A stretch of DNA of 59,360 nucleotides from NCBI GenBank assembly GCA_964421445.1, contig CAYQXL010000011.1, forward strand, positions 1-59,360, in the 5' to 3' direction. Under the pieces are notes generated by a model. The model was given only the letters and a program-made list of their open reading frames with translations. It was not told where the DNA came from and made no database searches. This DNA is from an uncultured Pseudomonadota bacterium. GTDB lineage: Bacteria > Desulfobacterota > Syntrophorhabdia > Syntrophorhabdales > CAYQXL01. Shown in pieces: positions 37,107 through 47,326 of the stretch. The position numbers and the translations under genes were made by a program. Each line of letters opens with the position of its first letter. The first letter of the stretch is position 1.

Positions 37107-37696
37107 TGACCTGCCGTTTGAACGGGTTCGTCGGAGGAATCGATGAAGCCGGCAGAGGACCTCTGGCGGGCCCCGTCGTTTCGGCCTGCGTCATCTGGAG
37201 CGAACCTCCCTGTTCAAAACACGGCGTCAACGATTCAAAGATCCTGACGGACCGTTCGAGACGGACGATTCTGGAATGGATTCGGGAGAATACGTTCCGG
37301 ATCGGCATCGGTATAGCGGACCACAACGAAATCGACGGACTCAATATTCACAAAGCGAGTCTTTTGTCTATGGAGAGAGCCTTTGAGGATTGCTCCATGA
37401 CACCGGACCTCCTCCTTATCGACGGGAAATTCCGGCCTGATCACCTGCCTTTTGCCCGGACGGTCATCAAGGGCGACAGAAAGTGTTTCTTCATCGCATC
37501 AGCATCGATTGTAGCAAAGGTCGTCAGAGATACGATGATGTGCCATCTCCACGAACTCTATCCCGCCTATCATTTCGACAAGAACAAGGGATACCCCACC
37601 GAAGACCACAAAAAAGCCATCAGCCGTTTCGGTATAACACCGGTCCATCGACGAACATATAAAGGCGTGAGGGAATACTGTGAGAACAACGGTTGA
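37103..37696 (+). CDS. rnhB: Ribonuclease HII
   Basis: [21 protein letters not shown]...[10 protein letters not shown] and KGYPT. Confidence 0.96.
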   Translation: MMTCRLNGFVGGIDEAGRGPLAGPVVSACVIWSEPPCSKHGVNDSKILTDRSRRTILEWIRENTFRIGIGIADHNEIDGLNIHKASLLSMERAFEDCSMTPDLLLIDGKFRPDHLPFARTVIKGDRKCFFIASASIVAKVVRDTMMCHLHELYPAYHFDKNKGYPTEDHKKAISRFGITPVHRRTYKGVREYCENNG

Positions 37697-38033
37697 CCGG
37701 GGGCAGGAAGGGGAAGAACGGGCTGCGGCGTACCTGAAACAGCATGGCTATGCCCTTGTTGAACGAAATTTCAGAAGCCCTTTCGGCGAGATCGATATCA
37801 TCGCCTCTGAAAACGACTGTCTGGTCTTCGTGGAGGTAAAGTTCCGGAATGTGCCGTCCTACGGAACATCACTCGAATCAATCTCTCAGGAAAAGCAGAA
37901 ACGGCTCATCAAAACGGCTCATTATTACCTCAAGAAGAAGAATGCCTATAACAGAAGGGTCCGTTTTGATGTGCTCGGCATCGACGGGTCCACCGTGAAG
38001 CTCGTAAAAAACGCGTTTCTCGCTGACGAATAA
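37680..38033 (+). CDS. yraN: YraN (UPF0102) family protein
   Basis: GQEGEERA, RNFRSPFGEIDII, FVEVK and RFDV. Confidence 0.92.
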   Translation: MRTTVDRGQEGEERAAAYLKQHGYALVERNFRSPFGEIDIIASENDCLVFVEVKFRNVPSYGTSLESISQEKQKRLIKTAHYYLKKKNAYNRRVRFDVLGIDGSTVKLVKNAFLADE

Positions 38034-38045
38034 ACGGAGGAACAG

Positions 38046-38792
38046 GTGCACCGGGACAAGATCTTCGATCTGCTTATAAATGTTCAGAACGGAACGATCG
38101 ATGCTGCCGACGCTTTCGAGAGCCTCAAGGATCTGCCTTTCGAAGATCTGGAACATACAAAGATCGACCATCATCGTTCCCTGAGGAAAGGCATCCAGGA
38201 GATCGTCTACGGAGAAGGAAAGACACTGGACCAGCTCCTGTCGATCATCAAGGCCGTAACATCTCATGGGCAGGATGTCCTCGTAACCCGCGTCGACCAG
38301 GGAGAGAAAGGGAGCGGCCTCGTATCCGCCTTTCCGGAAGGCACCTACGACGCCCTCAGCCGCTGTTTCACCATCAAGACGGACATGACGATCCGGGGGA
38401 AAGGAACGATCCTCATCATTTCCGCTGGAACGAGCGACAGCGCCGTCGCCGAGGAGGCATTCGTCACATCGACCTTCCTCGGAAACATCACAGAGAAGCT
38501 CTACGACGTGGGAGTTGCAGGGATTCACAGAATCGTCCACAATCTCGACATACTCAGAACGGCACGGGTAATCATCGTCGTGGCGGGAATGGAAGGCGCC
38601 CTTCCCTCCATCGTTGCCGGAATGGTGGGAACACCTGTCATCGCAGTACCGACGAGCACCGGTTACGGAGCCAGTTTCGGCGGGCTCGCCGCTCTTCTGG
38701 GAATGCTCAATTCGTGCTCCACCGTCTCTGTCTTCAATATCGACAACGGCTTCGGCGCCGCCTATTTCGCAACCCTCATCAACCGCCTATGA
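38046..38792 (+). CDS. larB: Nickel-pincer cofactor biosynthesis protein LarB
   Basis: DHHRSLRKG, AGTSD..VAEEA, DVGVAGIHR, AGMEGALPS and PTSTGYGA. Confidence 0.93.
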   Translation: MHRDKIFDLLINVQNGTIDAADAFESLKDLPFEDLEHTKIDHHRSLRKGIQEIVYGEGKTLDQLLSIIKAVTSHGQDVLVTRVDQGEKGSGLVSAFPEGTYDALSRCFTIKTDMTIRGKGTILIISAGTSDSAVAEEAFVTSTFLGNITEKLYDVGVAGIHRIVHNLDILRTARVIIVVAGMEGALPSIVAGMVGTPVIAVPTSTGYGASFGGLAALLGMLNSCSTVSVFNIDNGFGAAYFATLINRL

Positions 38793-39949
38793 AAATTCTC
38801 CACATCGACCCCATATTCGGTATCAGTGGTGACATGATGATCAGTGCCCTCGTTGACGCCGGGGCATCGTTCGACAGACTTGCGGCCCTCATGAAATCGA
38901 TACCCTCCCCCCTTCCGCCTTTGACAATCACACGGAAGAGCCAGGGGATCATCGAAGGAACAAGGATCGTCATCGGCCATTCCGATCTTCACTTCTCCCT
39001 CAAGGAGATGAGGTCGATCATCACCAACCTCCCTGCCCCGGAGGCCGTCAGGGAGAACGCACTCGCAATGCTCGCTATCATCGCCAAGGCTGAGGCAAAG
39101 GTCCACAAGGTTCCCGTCGAGACGGTCCACCTGCATGAACTCTCGCACGCCGATACACTCATCGATGTAGTTGCTGTCTCCCAGGCCATGAACGATCTTG
39201 GCATCGAAAAAGCGTCCTGTGGAGCCATACCCTTCGGACGGGGCACAATTTCCACAGCTCACGGCATCATCCCCAACCCGCCCCCTGCCGTAACGGAAAT
39301 ACTTCAGGGATACCCCGTCATCTTTGTCGATGAACCGCTTGAACTGGTGACACCGACAGGGGCGGCCATCGTGAAACATTTCGTCCCTGAGCCACGGTGG
39401 AGAACCCCCTTTACAGTCACTTCGTCAGGCTACGGCGTCGGCACCTACGAGGCATCAAAACCGGATGTTCTCCGGGTCTTTGTGGGGACAACGACGGACG
39501 AGACCGGAGGAGACGACTACGTATGGGTTCTCGAAACTGATCTCGACGATATGGAGACAGAATATGTCGGTGCTGTCGCCGACCGCCTGAGGGCCGACGG
39601 TGCACTCGATGTACTCTATTTTCCCGTTTTCATGAAGAAAGGCCGGCCAGGGTTGCGCTTCTCGGTTATTGCACCGGAGACGGCGAAAGAGAGGATCATG
39701 GAACGGCTGATGACAGAGACATCGACCTTCGGTCTACGAATGCGGCGGGAAGAACGTCGAGTCCTCGGCAGAAGCACAGTGACCATGGACACGCCCTTCG
39801 GGCCGGTCCGAGTCAAGCAGGGTCTCGACAGGGACGGCACGGTGATCAAGACACACATCGAGTTTGATGACGTCAGGGCCCTCGCTGAAACCCACGATAT
39901 TCCCTTCCGGACCATGGTCAGCCATATCCGCCGCCTCCTGAACGACTAA
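38789..39949 (+). CDS. larC: Nickel-pincer cofactor biosynthesis protein LarC
   Basis: GISGDM, VHLHE...D..IDV, AHGIIPNPPPA, ELVTPTGAAI, ETDLDD, MKKGRPG and ETSTFGLR. ATG overlaps the larB stop. Confidence 0.92.
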   Translation: MKILHIDPIFGISGDMMISALVDAGASFDRLAALMKSIPSPLPPLTITRKSQGIIEGTRIVIGHSDLHFSLKEMRSIITNLPAPEAVRENALAMLAIIAKAEAKVHKVPVETVHLHELSHADTLIDVVAVSQAMNDLGIEKASCGAIPFGRGTISTAHGIIPNPPPAVTEILQGYPVIFVDEPLELVTPTGAAIVKHFVPEPRWRTPFTVTSSGYGVGTYEASKPDVLRVFVGTTTDETGGDDYVWVLETDLDDMETEYVGAVADRLRADGALDVLYFPVFMKKGRPGLRFSVIAPETAKERIMERLMTETSTFGLRMRREERRVLGRSTVTMDTPFGPVRVKQGLDRDGTVIKTHIEFDDVRALAETHDIPFRTMVSHIRRLLND

Positions 39950-40070
39950 AAAAGCCTCCCTGTGCCGGTTTCTGCGGACCAGCGGGAAAGGAAAAATTTT
40001 TCGTGATGATCGGCAAAATTCATGCTATCGTTATCATAATAAATCCACAATTTCTGTAAGGGGGTACCAG

Positions 40071-42359
40071 ATGGGATCACAATCGAGATTCACTCATCTC
40101 TCTGTGGCCGTGACTCTCTTCATCGTTCTCTGCGCCGGTCTCTTTCATGCCGGCACCGCTCTGTCAGCAGGGGAGATGGTGGGGGTCATTGTAAAACTCG
40201 AGGACGCTCCGCTTGCGTCATATCACGGAACGGTTCCGGGCCTGACAGCTACGAGCATTGCTTCTACGGGCGATTTCTTTCTTGACGTCAGCGCCCCTTC
40301 GAGCCAGGCATATCTTTCCTATCTCAACAAAAAGATGGATCTCTTCGAGGCATCAGTCCTCCGGGTGATACCATCGGCGCGAATGATACACCGTTATCCC
40401 GTCGTTCTCGGCGGCCTGTCGGTCATTCTTCCAAAAGATGACCTCGGAACCCTCTCCCGCCTACCGGGAGTGGTCAGGATCTTCCCCGACACTTTCCGCC
40501 AGAAGGACACGGAACGGAGCCCCTTCTTTATCAGGGCCAACACGGCCTGGAACAAGGTGGGCGGAACATCGAAGGCCGGTGAAGGGGTCATAGTCGGCAT
40601 CATCGACACAGGCATCTGGCCCGAACATCCGTCCTTCTCCAATCCCGACCCGAAGGGCAAGGCCTACGGTGCACCACCTGCCAAGTGGCAGGGTTACTGC
40701 CAGCTCCCCAATGACGACTCGCCGCCCTTGACCTGTAACAACAAGCTGATCGGCGCGAGGGAGTTTCTCGACACATGGAAATACTACGAGCCTCTTCCGC
40801 CGGGAGAGTTCGACTCAGCCCGCGATGCCGACGGCCACGGCACACATACGGCCAGTACGGCGGCAGGAAACGGATACGTGAAGGCGAGCATCCTGGGTAA
40901 TGCCATCGGTCAGATTTACGGCATCGCCCCCAGGGCCCGCGTAGCCATGTACAAGGCCCTCGGTCCCGGTGGAGGATGGGACTCGGATCTCGTTGCAGCG
41001 ATAAACCAGGCTGTCAGTGACGGTGTAGACGTCATCAACTATTCCATCGGACCAACAGGTTCCTATCTCGTCGATCCGTACGAGAACCCTGATGATTTCG
41101 CATTTCTCGATGCCTATGCCGCAGGTGTCTTCGTTGCCACGTCGGCAGGCAATTCGGGACCGTCAGAGAACACGGTCAACCATCTCGGCGGATGGACCAC
41201 AACCGTCGCCGCAAGCACAACGGACCGTTTCTTTGAAAGCACCCTGACCCTTTCGTCATCAAACAGAAAGACGCTCACCCTCAAAGGTGCCTCAATCACC
41301 AACGGCATCAGCACAGCGACCCCGGTCGTCCTCGCGTCCGATTTCGGTGACGAGTACTGTCAGAGTGAGTTTTCTGCCGGATCAGTGACAGGCAAGGTCG
41401 TCGTCTGTGTCCGGGGAATCAACGACCGTGTTGCAAAGAGCTACAATGTCAAGGCAGGAGGCGCAGTGGGCCTGATCATGTACAATCCCTATTTGCGGGG
41501 TACTGCCGTTGACAACCACTTCATCCCCACTGTTCATCTCGAATATGATGCAGGTGAAAGCCTCATGAATTTCATCAACGCCAATCCCGGCATCAGCGCC
41601 AAATTCACAAAGGGCGCCAAAGCAAAGACCCTCGGTGACGTGGTGGCATCATTCAGCTCCCGCGGCGGCATCAACCAGACCTACGGGATCAGTAAACCCG
41701 ACATCGCGGCCCCGGGCGTTCAGATTCTCGCAGGCCATACCCCTGAGCCAATAGATATGACCGGAGGAAACCCGGGAGAACTTTTTCAGGCGATAGAGGG
41801 AACATCCATGGCCGCTCCTCATGTAGCGGGCGCTGCGGCAATCATCAGACAGTACCGTCCTTCATGGACTCCGGGCCAGATCAAATCGGCCCTCATGACA
41901 ACAAGCAAACGGACAGGGATCGTCAAGGAAGACAAAACTACCGCAGCCACACCTTTTGACTGCGGTGCAGGCCGTGTCGACCTGGGCACAGCCCTCAATC
42001 CCGGCATCACGTTCGATGTTCCGGCGAGTGACTATCTCACCCTCAAGAACGAACTCTGGAACACGAATTATCCGAGCATCTATGTTCCATTCATGGGCAA
42101 CACAATAACACTCACCCGGAAGGCACGGAATGTTCTTACGTCGACAGGCCGTTACTCGTTGAAGATCATCGGTCCATCGGACCTGAGGATCACCGTTCCC
42201 TCATCCCTCACCATCTCCGGTGGCAGCGAAGTTCCCTTCACGATCACCATTGACGCAACATCCGTTCCCGAGGGCGAGGTCCGCCATGCAACGCTCATCA
42301 TGAAGGCCATGATGGTCGAGGCCCACATACCCATCACCATTGTAAAGGTAACGCCCTGA
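40071..42359 (+). CDS. Secreted S8 subtilase (I9 propeptide, PA insert, Fn3-like C-terminus; cucumisin-like)
   Basis: Signal peptide and catalytic triad motifs IDTGIWPEHPSF, HGTHTASTAAG and GTSMAAPHVAG. Also CNNKLIGAR and KPDIAAPGV. Confidence 0.93.
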   Translation: MGSQSRFTHLSVAVTLFIVLCAGLFHAGTALSAGEMVGVIVKLEDAPLASYHGTVPGLTATSIASTGDFFLDVSAPSSQAYLSYLNKKMDLFEASVLRVIPSARMIHRYPVVLGGLSVILPKDDLGTLSRLPGVVRIFPDTFRQKDTERSPFFIRANTAWNKVGGTSKAGEGVIVGIIDTGIWPEHPSFSNPDPKGKAYGAPPAKWQGYCQLPNDDSPPLTCNNKLIGAREFLDTWKYYEPLPPGEFDSARDADGHGTHTASTAAGNGYVKASILGNAIGQIYGIAPRARVAMYKALGPGGGWDSDLVAAINQAVSDGVDVINYSIGPTGSYLVDPYENPDDFAFLDAYAAGVFVATSAGNSGPSENTVNHLGGWTTTVAASTTDRFFESTLTLSSSNRKTLTLKGASITNGISTATPVVLASDFGDEYCQSEFSAGSVTGKVVVCVRGINDRVAKSYNVKAGGAVGLIMYNPYLRGTAVDNHFIPTVHLEYDAGESLMNFINANPGISAKFTKGAKAKTLGDVVASFSSRGGINQTYGISKPDIAAPGVQILAGHTPEPIDMTGGNPGELFQAIEGTSMAAPHVAGAAAIIRQYRPSWTPGQIKSALMTTSKRTGIVKEDKTTAATPFDCGAGRVDLGTALNPGITFDVPASDYLTLKNELWNTNYPSIYVPFMGNTITLTRKARNVLTSTGRYSLKIIGPSDLRITVPSSLTISGGSEVPFTITIDATSVPEGEVRHATLIMKAMMVEAHIPITIVKVTP

Positions 42360-42385
42360 CAGAGGGCGGGATCACCAGACAGGAA

Positions 42386-42416
42386 AGGCCCGGGTATAAC
42401 CCGGGCCTATTTTTTT
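42386..42416 (+). terminator. Rho-independent terminator after the S8 gene
   Basis: AGGCCCGGGT-ata-ACCCGGGCCT followed by ATTTTTTT. Confidence 0.85.
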
Positions 42417-42703
42417 GAAAGAAAGAATATGATGTCGTCAATGAGATGTTTCGAAAGGACTTCTTCAATCTTGGCCAGGACGGATAGCTTCATGTACCTG
42501 AGCTGGGTCAGCCACAGGGGGTCCTCGACCTCGACAAAAAGCTTCCTGCCTTCGATTCTTATCGGCTTCGCATGAAGGGCAACGCCCTCTCCGACCATCT
42601 CCGTCCAGAGATCGAATATCCTGTATGCTTCCAGGTTTGATGCCCTGACATTACACCGGCGGAGAACTGTGCCGAGTATATCGTGGACAGACGTAAAGCC
42701 CAT
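42407..42703 (-). CDS. DUF721 / DciA family protein
   Basis: W.EMVGE.VA.HAKP..I....LFVEV...LWLTQL. Confidence 0.82.
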   Translation of the reverse strand: MGFTSVHDILGTVLRRCNVRASNLEAYRIFDLWTEMVGEGVALHAKPIRIEGRKLFVEVEDPLWLTQLRYMKLSVLAKIEEVLSKHLIDDIIFFLSKK

Positions 42704-42710
42704 GCCATCA

Positions 42711-44237
42711 TTACCCTTCGATTCTCGGAAAGAGCGGTTTCATCTTGCCGATGAGGCCGAGCTCTTCGGTGAAGTAAAAGGCCTTCTCGTCATCGAAGGT
42801 AACTGCCGACAAGGGTTTTCGGAGGCCGATGGCGTTCCAGAGAAGCTCACACTTCGATGGCATAAAGGGATAGAGAAGCATCGTCGCAATCCTCAGGCCG
42901 TTCCATACGTTGAAGAGGACTGTTGTCAATCGCCCGTCGTTCTCCTTCGCGAGCTTCCACGGTGCCTCTGAATCGATGTACCGGTTGAGAGTCCCGCTGA
43001 TGTCAAAGACGCTCTGGAGTGCCTTGTGGTATCCGAACGCTTCCATCTCCCGGACATAGTCAGCAACTGACCGGCCGATCTGCTCGACCACCAATTCATC
43101 GGCACTGTTCTTCGCATCGGGTCTGGCGATCTTCCCGCCGAGGAACTTTTCTATCATGTTGGTGCTCCGGCTTGCCAGGTTTCCGAAGTCATTTGCCAGG
43201 TCACCATTCAATCGGTGGACGAGTGCTTTCCGGGAAAAATCTCCGTCCAGCCCGAAGGGAACCTCCCGGAAGAGAAAGAACCTGAATTCGTCAACACCAT
43301 AGGTCTTCACGACTTCGTTCGGATCGATGACATTACCGAGCGATTTTGACATCTTTTGCCCTTCGATCGTCCACCACCCGTGAGCGACGATCTTCTTCGG
43401 AAGATCCATCTTCATACTCATGAGAAAGCTTGGCCAGTAGACACCATGGAATCGGAGGATATCCTTCCCGATGAGGTGGGCATCACAGGGCCAGAAAGAC
43501 CGGAACATCTCGTCGTCGTCGAGAAAACCGATGCCTGTGAGGTAATTCGTCAGTGCATCGAACCAGACATAGACAACATGCCGGTCAGACCCGGGGACAG
43601 GTATGCCCCAGCGGAAACTCGTCCGGCTGACGCTCAGATCCTTCAGTCCACCCTTGACAAAGCTCGCCACCTCGTTGTACCGGACAGAGGGCAGAATGAA
43701 GTCCTTGTTGTCGTCGAGAAACCGGGAGAGCCTATCCGTGAAGGCGGACATCCGGAAAAAGTAGCTCTCCTCCTTAAGGCGTTCCGTCGGCCTCAGACAA
43801 TCGGGACAGGCGCCGTCCTTCAACTGAAGCTCGGTAAAATAGCTCTCACAGGGAATGCAGTACCAGTCTTCGTATTCGCCGAGATAGATGTCACCTTCTT
43901 TGAATATCTTGTCAAAGACATACTGGACAACCTTCCTGTGTCTCTCTTCCGTCGTCCTGATAAACCCTGTGTTGGAGATATTGAGGGTTTCCCACAGATC
44001 ACTGAACCTCGTGACCATTCTGTCTGCAAGCTCCCTGGCCCCTATTCCCTGGGCCTCGGCGGCTTTCTCCACCTTCTGGCCATGTTCGTCAGTCCCTGTG
44101 AGAAAAAAAACGTTCAGTCCGTTCATCCTCTTGTACCGGGCCATAATATCCGCAGCAATCGTCGTATAGGCATGGCCTATATGGGGCACATCGTTGATAT
44201 AGTAAATAGGGGTTGTAATGTAGTAATTTCCGCTCAT
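42711..44237 (-). CDS. metG: Methionine--tRNA ligase (short form without C-terminal tRNA-binding domain)
   Basis: YYITTPIYY, HIGH, TGTDEHG, CIPCE..CPDC knuckle and KMSKS. Confidence 0.97.
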   Translation of the reverse strand: MSGNYYITTPIYYINDVPHIGHAYTTIAADIMARYKRMNGLNVFFLTGTDEHGQKVEKAAEAQGIGARELADRMVTRFSDLWETLNISNTGFIRTTEERHRKVVQYVFDKIFKEGDIYLGEYEDWYCIPCESYFTELQLKDGACPDCLRPTERLKEESYFFRMSAFTDRLSRFLDDNKDFILPSVRYNEVASFVKGGLKDLSVSRTSFRWGIPVPGSDRHVVYVWFDALTNYLTGIGFLDDDEMFRSFWPCDAHLIGKDILRFHGVYWPSFLMSMKMDLPKKIVAHGWWTIEGQKMSKSLGNVIDPNEVVKTYGVDEFRFFLFREVPFGLDGDFSRKALVHRLNGDLANDFGNLASRSTNMIEKFLGGKIARPDAKNSADELVVEQIGRSVADYVREMEAFGYHKALQSVFDISGTLNRYIDSEAPWKLAKENDGRLTTVLFNVWNGLRIATMLLYPFMPSKCELLWNAIGLRKPLSAVTFDDEKAFYFTEELGLIGKMKPLFPRIEG

Positions 44238-45127
44238 CGTGTCGCTCCGCCTTTATTCGTCCCCTCTCCTTCTCCACTCCTGCGGCCCGTCTCTTTCCGT
44301 TCCCCTTTACGCGGCGGCGCATCGGCCTGCTTCTCCTGCACCGGTCCTCCGGGAACAATGTCCTTCGGCGTTCCAACAACATGCTTTCCGTCATCGAGCT
44401 CCACAACAAATGTTCCGTGGAGAGAGTTGTGTTTTATGACTTTACCTTCACCCTGGGTCATTCTTATCCGTTTTCCCACTTTGGGAAAATCCTTTTTCAG
44501 TTCGGCATACATTCCATATTCATACGAGAGGCAGCACATAAGCCTCCCGCAGATACCGGAGATCTTCGAGGGATTGAGTGCCAGGCCCTGCTCCTTCACC
44601 ATTTTGATGGAGACGATGGAGAAGTTGCCGAGGAAACGACGGCAGCAGGCCACATTTCCACAATTGCCCAGACCTCCGATCATTCTCGACTCATCCCTGA
44701 CACCAACCTGTCTCAGCTCTATCCTGATCTTAAATTCCTTGGCAAGTTCCTTGACGAGTTCCCGGAAGTCCACCCTGTTTTCCGAGACAAAGTAAAAGAG
44801 AAGTTTCGTTCCTCCAAAAAGGTATTCTGCCGACAGAAGTTTCATGGAAAGGTTCATCTCTGCGATTTTCTGCCTGCAGAACTCGAAGGCGTCCCGCTCC
44901 TTCGTCTGGAGAAGGGCAAATTCCTCGATCTCTTCCGGTGATGCTATGCGAATGATCTTCTTCAGTCCTGACCGGTCCGATTCAAGGGGATCGGTAATAA
45001 CCTTCCCCACACACATCCCTTTTTCAAGCTCACAGACGATCATGTCCCCTTTCTTCACATCATCAGAACCTTCCAGTTCGACAACGCCCATGTGCTTATC
45101 TATCTTCACGAAACAGCTTTTCATCAT
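44234..45127 (-). CDS. PSP1-domain protein (RicT/YaaT-like)
   Basis: RVDFRELVKELA, RIELRQVGVRDE, G.CG...CC and KISGICGRLMCCL.YE. Confidence 0.9.
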   Translation of the reverse strand: MMKSCFVKIDKHMGVVELEGSDDVKKGDMIVCELEKGMCVGKVITDPLESDRSGLKKIIRIASPEEIEEFALLQTKERDAFEFCRQKIAEMNLSMKLLSAEYLFGGTKLLFYFVSENRVDFRELVKELAKEFKIRIELRQVGVRDESRMIGGLGNCGNVACCRRFLGNFSIVSIKMVKEQGLALNPSKISGICGRLMCCLSYEYGMYAELKKDFPKVGKRIRMTQGEGKVIKHNSLHGTFVVELDDGKHVVGTPKDIVPGGPVQEKQADAPPRKGERKETGRRSGEGEGTNKGGATR

Positions 45128-45136
45128 TTTCCCTCG

Positions 45137-46087
45137 TTACCGCGTCAGCCTGAGCAGGAGGCCTTCAATCAGAACCATCCTGTTCACATTATACCGCAGA
45201 TTTCGTATCGATTCATGTACACTCTCAATGGCCGAAAGGATCCGGTTCCTGTCAAAGTCACCGGATCTCAGAAGATCTCCAAGGTCCTTGTTGGCCACCT
45301 TTTCCATCTCCCCCGTCACCGACAGGACATAGAGGTCACGGAAGAGAGACAGGAGGAAGTAGAGAAACATCGGTATCTTCCTGCTGTCTTCGCTCAGTTG
45401 TTCCGAGCAGAGGGTTATCCGGTGAAAGCTCTTCTTTGGGCCGAGGAGCAGATCGGCAACCTTCTGCCGCAAGGTAAAATTCCCGTCATCGAGCCAGAAG
45501 AGGGCAGACTGGATGCTTCCCTGAGCGACCATGCCCACCCGTGCCGCCCTGTCGTCGTCCAACCCGGAGGCTCGAAAAAACCTGGTCAGTTCCTCTTCCG
45601 TCAAAGGACCAAAGGCAACATGCTGACACCGGGAACGGATGGTAAGGGGGATATCCCGCTCCCGTGACGTCACGAGAACGATGACATTGTATTCAGGAGG
45701 TTCCTCAAGGGTTTTGAGGAGGGCGTTGAAAGCGTCCATTGTCATCCGCTCCGCCTCGTCTATTATGACGATACGCCGTGATGCCTCGAAAGGTCGTTCG
45801 GAGACCTCACGGGTTATTTCCCGTGACTGGTCGATACCGATCGTTTCCCCACCTTCCAGAACAACAAGGTCCGCGTGTACCCCCTTTGCCGCATTTACAC
45901 AGGGCCGGCAGGTTCCACACCCCCTTTTGGACTCACAGAGAAGCCTTTGGGCGAAGGCCCGGGCTACAAGCCTTTTTCCCGTCCCCGACGGACCGGAAAA
46001 GAGGAGTGCATGGGGGATGCGGTCTTTTTCCGCCAGCGACAGAAGAAACCTTATCTGCTTTTCGTGACCTATGATACTGTCAAACAC
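45137..46087 (-). CDS. holB: DNA polymerase III delta-prime subunit
   Basis: HALLFSGPSGTGK, CGTCRPC, FNALLKTLEEPP and TIRSRC. Confidence 0.93.
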   Translation of the reverse strand: MFDSIIGHEKQIRFLLSLAEKDRIPHALLFSGPSGTGKRLVARAFAQRLLCESKRGCGTCRPCVNAAKGVHADLVVLEGGETIGIDQSREITREVSERPFEASRRIVIIDEAERMTMDAFNALLKTLEEPPEYNVIVLVTSRERDIPLTIRSRCQHVAFGPLTEEELTRFFRASGLDDDRAARVGMVAQGSIQSALFWLDDGNFTLRQKVADLLLGPKKSFHRITLCSEQLSEDSRKIPMFLYFLLSLFRDLYVLSVTGEMEKVANKDLGDLLRSGDFDRNRILSAIESVHESIRNLRYNVNRMVLIEGLLLRLTR

Positions 46088-46703
46088 CGTGACTCTCTAA
46101 GAGCTGGGAGACCTTTTCCCAGATCGCTTCCCGCACTGTTCCAGGATCATTTCTCCCCTGGACGACAAAAAAACGTTTCTGGTCCTCCCTGGCCATTTTC
46201 AGATAGGCTTTCTGGATCTTCTGATGAAAGGCAATATCTTCCACTTCGAACCGGTCTTTCGAATCAGTCTGAATGCCCTTTCTCTTCAGGCCCGTCCGGG
46301 CGGCCAGATTGATCAGTATGGTCAGATTCGGCCTGATCCCCTTGGTGACGAGACGGTTCAATGTTTCGATGATACCGAGATTCATGGCCCTCCCGTACCC
46401 CTGGTAGGCATAGGTCGCATCGGTAAATCTGTCACAGAGGACAACCTTTCCCTCTTCAAGGGCAGGCATGATCACCTCTTCCACGTGCTGGGCTCTCATG
46501 GCCATGAAGACGAGAAGCTCAGGAAGGGGAAAGACGTTCAACCCGTTCTGCAGAGTCACTTTCCTCAGAGCTTCACCGAACCCTGTGCCTCCCGGCTCCC
46601 GGGTCTTCACGACCCCGTAGCCCCGGTCTGTGAGCGTTTCGCAGAGAAGATCGACCTGTGTCGACTTTCCGCTCCCTTCAATCCCTTCAAAGGTGATGAG
46701 CAT
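46080..46703 (-). CDS. tmk: Thymidylate kinase
   Basis: ITFEGIEGSGKSTQ, TREPGG and CDRF...YQG. Confidence 0.96.
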   Translation of the reverse strand: MLITFEGIEGSGKSTQVDLLCETLTDRGYGVVKTREPGGTGFGEALRKVTLQNGLNVFPLPELLVFMAMRAQHVEEVIMPALEEGKVVLCDRFTDATYAYQGYGRAMNLGIIETLNRLVTKGIRPNLTILINLAARTGLKRKGIQTDSKDRFEVEDIAFHQKIQKAYLKMAREDQKRFFVVQGRNDPGTVREAIWEKVSQLLESHGV

Positions 46704-46710
46704 CGTTCAC

Positions 46711-47277
46711 CTACTTTGACGCCCGTTCGATATACGCACCGGTTCGGGTGTCGATCTTGAGCGAATCCCCTTCTTCGATGAAGAGGGGCACCTGGAGCAC
46801 ATAGCCCGTTTCGAGCCTTGCCGGCTTCGTCGCGTTCTGGGCCGTATCGCCCTTCATGCCCGGTTCCGTCTCTACGACCTGGAGAACGACAAAATTCTGC
46901 ATCTCCACACCGATCGTATTTCCCTTATAGAAGAGAACCTCGATGACCAGTCCGTCCTTCAGGTAATTCTTCGGATCGCCCAGATTCTCTTCCGGTATGA
47001 AGAGCTGGTCGTAGTTGCTCACATCCATGAAATAGAACCGGTCTTCCTCTTTATAGAGAAACTGCATCTGCCGCTTTTCCAGATCAGGAAGCTCTATCTT
47101 CTCACCAGACCGGAATGTCTTCTCCAGAACATTGCCCGTTACCAGGCTTTTCAGACGGGTCCTTACAAAAGCACCACCTTTCCCAGGTTTTACGTGCTGA
47201 AAATCGACGATAAGAAAAGGCTCATTTTCAATCAAAATGCTCAAGCCTTTTCTGAACTCGGAAGTGGAAACTATCAT
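46711..47277 (-). CDS. efp: Elongation factor P (Lys-tip type, PGKG)
   Basis: HVKPGKGGAFVR, EPGMKGDTA and VPLFI..G...IDTR.G.Y. Confidence 0.98.
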   Translation of the reverse strand: MIVSTSEFRKGLSILIENEPFLIVDFQHVKPGKGGAFVRTRLKSLVTGNVLEKTFRSGEKIELPDLEKRQMQFLYKEEDRFYFMDVSNYDQLFIPEENLGDPKNYLKDGLVIEVLFYKGNTIGVEMQNFVVLQVVETEPGMKGDTAQNATKPARLETGYVLQVPLFIEEGDSLKIDTRTGAYIERASK

Positions 47278-47326
47278 GCCTTCCTCCTTTTCATTTTAAA
47301 AACAACCCTTTAGAGGGTGCTTATGT

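Noticed and set aside
43356-44795. 479-aa plus-strand ORF, and similar long antisense ORFs at 47339-48538 and 57222-58730
   Set aside because: They are shadows of metG, pepP and the ntrY-like gene, caused by codon bias. They show no motifs or initiation signals.
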